Below are positions 35,848 to 42,033 of a DNA stretch of 42,033 nt, one piece after another. How positions within the stretch are numbered: position 1 is the first letter of the stretch; every line of letters starts with the position of its first letter. The notes beneath the pieces are model-generated. The model saw nothing but the letters and a program-made list of their open reading frames with translations. It was not told the DNA's origin and made no database searches. A program made the position numbers and the translations under genes. The stretch comes from Methylococcaceae bacterium (GTDB lineage: Bacteria; Pseudomonadota; Gammaproteobacteria; Methylococcales; Methylomonadaceae), in the NCBI GenBank assembly GCA_005779525.1, contig SXIZ01000163.1:1-42033 (forward strand), read 5' to 3'.

Positions 35848-37734
35848 ATGGCAGGCGGAATTTTAGGTACAGCGATTACCGGACTAGTGGCATTCCAACG
35901 TTCGTTGGAAACCACCAGTCATAATATTGCTAACGTCAATACCGAGGGCTATAGTCGGCAAAAAGTCGAATTAGCGACTTTTCCTGAAGCGTTTATCGGG
36001 GGCAGTTTTTTAGGGCAGGGCGTTATTGTCACTAATATTAGCCGAAATTATGATCAGTTTTTAAGTACGCAGTTACGTTCCAGTACTTCAGCCTTTAAAA
36101 ATGTCGAGCAATACCAACGGCTCGCGAGTCAAGTTGATAATATTATGGCGGATCCTTCCACGGGAATGGGACCTGCGATGAATGCGTTTTTTAAATCCGT
36201 ACAAGGGGTTGCCAGCGACCCTTCGTCTATCCCTGCTAGACAAACCCTGTTATCACAAGCCGAGGTGTTAACTCAGCGTTTCAATACTATGAATGGACGC
36301 TTTGATGAACTACGTTCGCAAGTGAATAATGATTTACAAGGTGATATCAATAATATCAATGAATATGCTACCGCGATTGCTGAATTGAATGGGCGTATTG
36401 CCAATGATTTGGGGCGTTCTTCCGGTTTACAACAACCCAATGATCTCTTAGATCAGCGGGACGAAATGGTGCGCAAACTGTCAGAATTAGTGGATGTGAC
36501 CGTCATTCCACAAGCAACTGGAATGTACAGCGTATTTATTGGTAAAGGCCAACCCGTGGTCTTGGACAGGTCTAGTAGTCAGTTTTCCTTGCAAACCGCT
36601 GATGGCGACCCAGAAAAATTGGATATTACGATAAAAACCTCAACTACTGAAAAGCAAGTAATTACTGGACAATTAAATGGCGGAAAAATCAAAGGTAGCT
36701 TAGATTTTCGTGACCAAGTACTTGATCCTGCACAACAAAAATTAGGCGGTATCGCTGTCGGTTTAGCCATGGAAATCAATGCTATTCATGCCAAAGGTAT
36801 CGATTTAGATGGACATGGCGACCCCCTGGACGCCAATGGCGATGGGATTTTAGGTACTAATTTTTTCAAATTTACAGGCAGTGCTGAAGTGCCTGTGACC
36901 CCGTTGTCCAAAAATCAAGGTGGGTTGCAAGTGAGTGCCACCTTCAATGATACCAATATCAACCCTCTGGGGGCGAGTGCCAGTGATATTGACAGTAGTG
37001 ATTATGTATTAAGTTTTGATGGGGCTAATTATGCTTTGACACGGGTGCATGATAATCAGGTCATTGCCTTGACTGCACAAACGATTAACAGTCCACCTGA
37101 TCCGGTGCAAGTACCTGCATCCAATGTGCGCTTAGTGCCCGTGAATCCCTTGGTAAAATTGCCCGGGATCGATTTAAAAATAGATTCTGCAACCACGGCT
37201 GCCGCAGGGGATCAGTTTTTGATTCGGCCGACCTATAATGCGGCGGATCGATTAACCTTGAATCTCACCGATCCTAGACAAATTGCCGCCGCCACAAATA
37301 TTGAAACCGACCCGGTGACTGGCAAGCCCGTACCCTTGCTCGATGCGACTACGGGTTCTCCGGTTATAGATGCGGCAGGTAATCCAGTCTATAAAGTTTT
37401 ACCGGGGGTCGTGCAGGGCGATAATCGTAATATTTTGTTGCTGGCGGGTCTGGAAAATCGCACTACCATGCTGAAAGATACTGCCACTTTCCAAGATGCT
37501 TATGGGCAAATTGTGTCTTCAGTCGGTACGTTTACGCATGCGGCAAATTTAAGTGCCTCTGCGCAAGAAGCGCTGTTCAATAACGCTAAGTCTGCAAACG
37601 ATAGTGTTTCTGGCGTAAATTTAGATGAAGAAGCCGCTAATTTAATTAAATTTCAACAAGCTTACCAAGCGGCAGCACAGTTGATTTCGACTACCAACAC
37701 CTTGTTTGATAAATTATTGAGTTCTGTACAATAA
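35848..37734 (+). CDS. flgK: flagellar hook-associated protein 1 FlgK
   Basis: 628 aa. N-terminus ITGLVAFQRSLETTSHNIANVNTEGYSRQ and C-terminus VNLDEEAANLIKFQQAYQAAAQLI. Confidence 0.93.
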   Translation: MAGGILGTAITGLVAFQRSLETTSHNIANVNTEGYSRQKVELATFPEAFIGGSFLGQGVIVTNISRNYDQFLSTQLRSSTSAFKNVEQYQRLASQVDNIMADPSTGMGPAMNAFFKSVQGVASDPSSIPARQTLLSQAEVLTQRFNTMNGRFDELRSQVNNDLQGDINNINEYATAIAELNGRIANDLGRSSGLQQPNDLLDQRDEMVRKLSELVDVTVIPQATGMYSVFIGKGQPVVLDRSSSQFSLQTADGDPEKLDITIKTSTTEKQVITGQLNGGKIKGSLDFRDQVLDPAQQKLGGIAVGLAMEINAIHAKGIDLDGHGDPLDANGDGILGTNFFKFTGSAEVPVTPLSKNQGGLQVSATFNDTNINPLGASASDIDSSDYVLSFDGANYALTRVHDNQVIALTAQTINSPPDPVQVPASNVRLVPVNPLVKLPGIDLKIDSATTAAAGDQFLIRPTYNAADRLTLNLTDPRQIAAATNIETDPVTGKPVPLLDATTGSPVIDAAGNPVYKVLPGVVQGDNRNILLLAGLENRTTMLKDTATFQDAYGQIVSSVGTFTHAANLSASAQEALFNNAKSANDSVSGVNLDEEAANLIKFQQAYQAAAQLISTTNTLFDKLLSSVQ

Positions 37735-37891
37735 TTTGAGAGTGCACTACCTTTGCGCAAGCTGTTTATTGTGCGTGCAAGCCTATTTCGGGAATTATGA
37801 CAATACAAATGTTGCAATACATTATATAATGTGCTCATAGATACTTCCTCATTGCAGTTTCGCACCTTTCAAATTTCCTACAGGTAACTAC

Positions 37892-39694
37892 ATGTCTAAC
37901 GATGTTTCGCTCGTTCCTTCCTTCAGTGAATTAGCTTTATCCGAACCCGTCTTAAAAGCACTGAATGATGTTGGTTACGAAACACCTTCGCCCATTCAAG
38001 CACAAATTATCCCGTTTATACTGGATGGTAGAGATGTGCTGGGACAGGCGCAAACGGGTACCGGTAAAACCGCGGCCTTTGCATTACCCATTATTACTAA
38101 ACTCAATTTAAAATTGCAGGCCCCGCAAGTTTTAGTCTTGGCGCCAACACGTGAATTAGCCATCCAGGTGGCAGAAGCTTTTCAACGTTATGCCGCACAT
38201 ATTAAAGGTTTTCACGTTTTGCCAATTTATGGTGGCCAAGATTATACCTCGCAGCTCAAACAGCTAAAACGTGGAGCACATGTGGTGGTCGGCACGCCAG
38301 GTCGGGTGATGGACCATCTGCGCCGTGGCACATTGGATTTATCAGGTCTGACGCATTTAGTGCTTGATGAAGCCGATGAAATGTTGCGCATGGGTTTTAT
38401 TGATGATGTTGAATGGATTCTTGAACAAATCCCAGAGAAACGCCAAATCGCATTATTTTCGGCGACTATGCCGCCAGTAATCCGTAAAATCGCGCAAACC
38501 TACCTAAAAAATCCCGAAGAAATCACGATCAAAGTCACTACCACCAGTGCGGAAAACATTCGCCAACGTTATTGGCTGGTCAGTGGTGTGCATAAATTAG
38601 ATGCGTTGACCCGAATTTTAGAAGTCGAAACGTTTGACGGCATGATTATTTTCGTGCGCACCAAAACCGCGACCATCGAGTTAGCAGAAAAGCTCGAAGC
38701 TCGAGGACATTCTGCGGCGGCGATTAACGGCGATATGTCGCAAATGCTGCGTGAGCGTGCCATCAATAATTTAAAAAGTGGCAAATTGGATATTCTGATT
38801 GCTACCGACGTTGCGGCTCGTGGTTTAGATGTGGATCGTATTACCCACGTCGTTAACTATGACATCCCGTATGATACTGAGTCCTACATCCATCGTATTG
38901 GTAGAACTGGACGTGCTGGCCGTACTGGGGATGCTATTTTGTTTGTGGCTCCTAGAGAGCGTAAGTTATTAGGCAACATCGAACGTGCCACGCGTCAAAA
39001 AGTGGTTGAGATGGGCTTACCTTCCACCGAACTGATCAATAACAAACGTATCGCACGTTTTAAACAAAATATCACGGATACCTTAGCGTCAGAAGAACTG
39101 AGCTTTTTCTCACAGCTGATGGAACAATATCAACAGGAACACAATGTTTCAGCGCTGCAAATTGCGGCTGCATTAGCAAAATTGTTAGAAGGTGATACGC
39201 CATTATTACTGCGTAATCCCCCTAAGCAGTCCACTGCCGAACGTGAGCGTGAGCGCCCCTCACGTGATGAGCGCGAACGTAAATCCGGTGAACGTAAGTC
39301 GGGTGAGCGGCCCGAACGCGGCAGTAGACGCGGGGGTGCCGAAGCTGTTGATATGGAAACCTATCGTATTGAAGTGGGGTCGGTGCATGGTGTAAAGCCC
39401 GGTAATATCGTCGGCGCAATTGCAAATGAAACTGGCATTGATGGTGATCATATTGCCCGTATCCGCATTGAAGAAAATTACAGTACCGTCGAATTGCCCG
39501 CAGGTATGCCCAAAGCGTTGCTGGAAGAACTCAAAAAAGTACGCGTAGCTGGACAGCAATTGCGTATCAGTCGCATGGGTACCGTGATTAGTGCCAACGA
39601 TGATGAGCGCCGTAAAGATAAAAGTAAAAAGCGTATGAGTTCTACGTCTATCAAACGGAGTGATAGCAAGAAGCCAACTAAAAAATCTGATTAA
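37892..39694 (+). CDS. deaD: DEAD-box ATP-dependent RNA helicase DeaD/CsdA
   Basis: 600 aa. Q motif, AQTGTGKT, DEAD (LVLDEADEM), SAT and HRIGRTGRAG. DbpA-type C-terminal RNA-binding domain and an RE/KS-rich basic tail. Confidence 0.93.
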   Translation: MSNDVSLVPSFSELALSEPVLKALNDVGYETPSPIQAQIIPFILDGRDVLGQAQTGTGKTAAFALPIITKLNLKLQAPQVLVLAPTRELAIQVAEAFQRYAAHIKGFHVLPIYGGQDYTSQLKQLKRGAHVVVGTPGRVMDHLRRGTLDLSGLTHLVLDEADEMLRMGFIDDVEWILEQIPEKRQIALFSATMPPVIRKIAQTYLKNPEEITIKVTTTSAENIRQRYWLVSGVHKLDALTRILEVETFDGMIIFVRTKTATIELAEKLEARGHSAAAINGDMSQMLRERAINNLKSGKLDILIATDVAARGLDVDRITHVVNYDIPYDTESYIHRIGRTGRAGRTGDAILFVAPRERKLLGNIERATRQKVVEMGLPSTELINNKRIARFKQNITDTLASEELSFFSQLMEQYQQEHNVSALQIAAALAKLLEGDTPLLLRNPPKQSTAERERERPSRDERERKSGERKSGERPERGSRRGGAEAVDMETYRIEVGSVHGVKPGNIVGAIANETGIDGDHIARIRIEENYSTVELPAGMPKALLEELKKVRVAGQQLRISRMGTVISANDDERRKDKSKKRMSSTSIKRSDSKKPTKKSD

Positions 39695-39906
39695 GAAAAA
39701 TCTTGTCTATTTAAGTTCTATACATTTAGAATAAAACAGTTGTATCCACCTGACGAACGCTAACGTATAAAGTTTTCGTCAGGTATCAAAAGCCACAATT
39801 AGAGTCGCCTGAGGAAAAATACTTGTTTTTTCAGCGCGGACTTTTTTTGAAATCAACAAAATGTGCAGTACGTTGTTTTTAGGGAAAACTCAGCGGGGAG
39901 TAAATT

Positions 39907-41679
39907 TTGAATTCTTCGAAATTGAAATTAGCAATGGAAGACTTATTTTCATTTAAGATCCGCAGTGATTTTGAATGTGAGGTATTTAAGCAGTTACTCC
40001 TGTTGCAAGCCAAAATGTTGACCCGCATGTGGGTTGCGCAAGCGGTAATAGTCTCTGCGTTTTATATGATGATTTTCCCCTATGTTACGCCTGCAAAATT
40101 CTTCGCTTGGTGTACATTGAGTTGCCTCGCAGAAATTTTGCGCGTGACCTATGGCTACTGGTTCTTAGCCAATCCTCCGAAACCACCGCGCGTTGGCGTA
40201 TCTCATAGGAATTTCGCTGTTTTAGCCGCGTTATCTGGCTTTTCACATGGACTGAGCGCGTTATTTTTACCGGAACTGCCTGCAGCTAGTCAGATATTAC
40301 TTACTTTGGTGCTTTATATCATACCCGCTGCTGGAGCTTTGGGCGGGGCTTCAACGTGTAAAATTCTTGCGGCTTACACCATCCCAGACTTTTCTTTGAA
40401 TGCTTATGCGTTGATCAAAGTTAATCCAGAGCTGCTCTTCCCGGATAGTATTTTGACCATTCTATATGTCTGGTTTATTCTCATGTGTGGGCGCGATACA
40501 GAAAATGTGATGCGTAATTCGATTACCATTCGGCAAGAGCGCGAGCAATTGGTCAGCGAATTAAAAGCCAGCATTCAGAAAACTGAACAAGCCTCCCAGG
40601 CGCGTGCTCGGGTATTGGCGGCGGCAAGTCATGACTTGCGGCAACCTATGCATGCGTTGAGTGTATACAGTGCAGTCCTCATGCATTGTAAATCACTAGA
40701 AGCCTTAGCGGAAATTGCGCAAAATATCGACCGATTAGTGCGTTCTTTGGGTTCTTTGATACACGGTTTGCTCGATTTATCGCAATTATCGGCGGATTAT
40801 TACCAACCTGAACGACAATTGATGGCTTTAGATAAGGTCATCGAGAATGTATGTAATGAATATACTTCAACCATTGCTGAAAAACGTCTGATTCTAATTA
40901 AAATACTCGAGCCAATTCAACTGGTGGATGATATCTTGGCCATCACGCGCATTACCAGGAACTTACTAGATAACGCTATCAAGTATACAGATAGTGGAAT
41001 CATACGGGTATATACACGTGTGCATGCTGATCGTGCGCAACTTATTGTAGAAGATACGGGTAAAGGCATTCCTCAGTGTGAACAAAGCACGATCTTCGAA
41101 GAGTTTTATCAATTAAATAACCCAGGCCGCGATAACAGCAAAGGCGTGGGGCTGGGCTTAACTATTGTTCAGCGACTGGCAGAATTGATTAACGCTCAAA
41201 TTACCTTGACGTCTGAACTAGATAAGGGCTCAAGCTTTTGTGTCAGTTTTGATGGCGAAATGGTGTCACTCAATAGTAGCGTCCCAAATCAGGGGTTAAA
41301 AAACGATAAATTACGTGATGTCATGATTTATCTGATCGATGATGAGGAGGATATTTTGCGCAGCAGCGAAGTATTATTTAAAACTTGGCATATTCAGGTG
41401 AAGACCGCAATTTCTGCACAAGCAGGGGAAGCGTTATTTAAAAACTTTGGCGTACCTAATCTATTGATTGTTGATTTAAGATTACGTGGAGAGGAACATG
41501 GGGCTGATTTAGCGCTCCGCTTATTGAAAACTTATGGTAATTTCCCAGTATTAGTCATCACGGGAGAAACCGCATCTGAAGCTTTAAATCGAACTTATAC
41601 CGCGGGTTTTCAGTTATTACAAAAACCAATATCCCCCGAAAGTTTATTTGATGCACTTTGCAAATGTTTAATTCCTTAA
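39907..41679 (+). CDS. hybrid sensor histidine kinase with polytopic N-terminal membrane domain and C-terminal receiver
   Basis: 590 aa with about 5-6 TM helices. H-box SHDLRQPMHAL; HATPase (NLLDNAIKYT, DTGKGI, GVGLGLTIV); receiver (LIDDEED...LLIVDLRL...KP). A TTG start at 39907 lies 6 nt after GGGGAG. The alternative ATG at 39934 lacks an RBS. Confidence 0.85.
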   Translation: MNSSKLKLAMEDLFSFKIRSDFECEVFKQLLLLQAKMLTRMWVAQAVIVSAFYMMIFPYVTPAKFFAWCTLSCLAEILRVTYGYWFLANPPKPPRVGVSHRNFAVLAALSGFSHGLSALFLPELPAASQILLTLVLYIIPAAGALGGASTCKILAAYTIPDFSLNAYALIKVNPELLFPDSILTILYVWFILMCGRDTENVMRNSITIRQEREQLVSELKASIQKTEQASQARARVLAAASHDLRQPMHALSVYSAVLMHCKSLEALAEIAQNIDRLVRSLGSLIHGLLDLSQLSADYYQPERQLMALDKVIENVCNEYTSTIAEKRLILIKILEPIQLVDDILAITRITRNLLDNAIKYTDSGIIRVYTRVHADRAQLIVEDTGKGIPQCEQSTIFEEFYQLNNPGRDNSKGVGLGLTIVQRLAELINAQITLTSELDKGSSFCVSFDGEMVSLNSSVPNQGLKNDKLRDVMIYLIDDEEDILRSSEVLFKTWHIQVKTAISAQAGEALFKNFGVPNLLIVDLRLRGEEHGADLALRLLKTYGNFPVLVITGETASEALNRTYTAGFQLLQKPISPESLFDALCKCLIP

Positions 41680-41801
41680 CTTCTACAACACCTGCCTACT
41701 CAGCAAGGTTAGAGAGTACTTTGCTTTCCAAATTGCTCCGCAGAGGTAACCTCGCGCCATTTGCCAGAGTTCCATGCTCGCACTGGCAATTCGATTACCA
41801 G

Positions 41802-42033
41802 TTAAACCCGATATAACGGTTCTAAGCCATCATCAGGGCTGCGTTGAAATTTTTGGGTAATATTGTGTTCATTAAATGCTTGCAGTAAGCGTTTTCCTTC
41901 CCAAGTATTGCTATTACCGCTCGGAGCGTAAAGTAGCACATTTAACACTAGAATTTCATCCCGTAAACGCGCATCACAATGATTGGCTAAGGCACCCAAG
42001 CTATGGGTATTGAAGGTTGCAGCCCCCCAAGCT
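41802..42033 (-). CDS. hypothetical protein, C-terminal fragment (5' end outside window)
   Basis: The minus-strand frame is open from the window edge (AWGAATFNTHSLGALANHCDARLRDE...) to the stop at 41802-41804. No family recognised. Confidence 0.45.
   Translation of the reverse strand, partial: AWGAATFNTHSLGALANHCDARLRDEILVLNVLLYAPSGNSNTWEGKRLLQAFNEHNITQKFQRSPDDGLEPLYRV

Noticed and set aside
37812-37830. TTGCAA and a perfect TATAAT upstream of deaD
   Set aside because: The two hexamers are only 7 nt apart, so they cannot form one sigma70 promoter. The TATAAT may still be a -10 with a poor -35 (AATACA at 17 nt), but I cannot support a call.
39238-39335. Short tandem-like repeats (GAACGT/GAGCG, protein ERERERPSRDERERKSGERKSGERPERGSRRGG) in deaD
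   Set aside because: A low-complexity basic/acidic linker is typical of DeaD/CsdA C-terminal regions. It is in frame and coding, not an independent repeat element.
39748-39784. 10-bp stem (ACCTGACGAA / TTCGTCAGGT, 17-nt loop) after deaD, and a 7-bp stem TTGCCAG/CTGGCAA at 41761-41789 between convergent genes
   Set aside because: They are plausible transcript-end structures. Neither has a proper U-tract and the loops are large, so I do not call them terminators with confidence.
1-42033. Search for mobile elements, CRISPR arrays, tRNA/rRNA genes or defence-island-type genes
   Set aside because: No transposase, integrase or recombinase-like ORF is present. There are no regularly spaced short repeats and no terminal inverted repeats. 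No nuclease, helicase or methylase gene combination appears; the only helicase is a canonical DeaD. No cloverleaf-like or rRNA-like segments were noticed by eye, but this is not a rigorous scan.

Overview
This is a 42,033-bp chromosomal window, moderately AT-rich. Gene content is typical of a polar-flagellated gammaproteobacterium; the exact taxon cannot be fixed without a search. I see no rRNA, tRNA, CRISPR array, transposase, integrase or phage genes. Layout: (1) the 3' end of trkA and a small lipoprotein-like ORF. (2) Minus-strand leuC-leuD-cimA, with a Leptospira-type citramalate synthase. (3) A 510-bp AT-rich non-coding spacer. (4) A 15-gene single-strand chemosensory operon (5104-19946), closed by a canonical intrinsic terminator. 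Its core (cheY-cheA-cheW-PAS receptor ... cheR-cheD-cheB) matches the Pseudomonas Che2 / Vibrio cluster III type. It also encodes a second cheW, a ParA/MinD-like ATPase translationally coupled to an unusual STAS protein, a sensor-less membrane MCP, a CrsA/CrsR (HsbA/HsbR)-like partner-switch pair, a 204-aa soluble protein built from two degenerate receptor-tip motifs, and an ODP-like MBL-fold metalloprotein. (5) thiD overlapping a SoxX-like lipoprotein cytochrome c. (6) A minus-strand overlapping three-gene signalling operon (REC-HD-GYP, REC-RsbW-like GHKL, 1540-aa hybrid kinase). (7) Divergent from it, a sigma54-type promoter and flgBCDEFGHIJK, with no flgA/M/N upstream and no flgL downstream. 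(8) deaD, another hybrid kinase and a partial ORF. The best candidate for an undescribed system is the accessory content of the chemosensory operon: ParA-like + STAS (11183-12393) and double-tip receptor mimic + ODP-like protein (18575-19946), wired to a partner switch. All functional calls rest on motif recognition by eye and remembered family signatures; no database search was possible.
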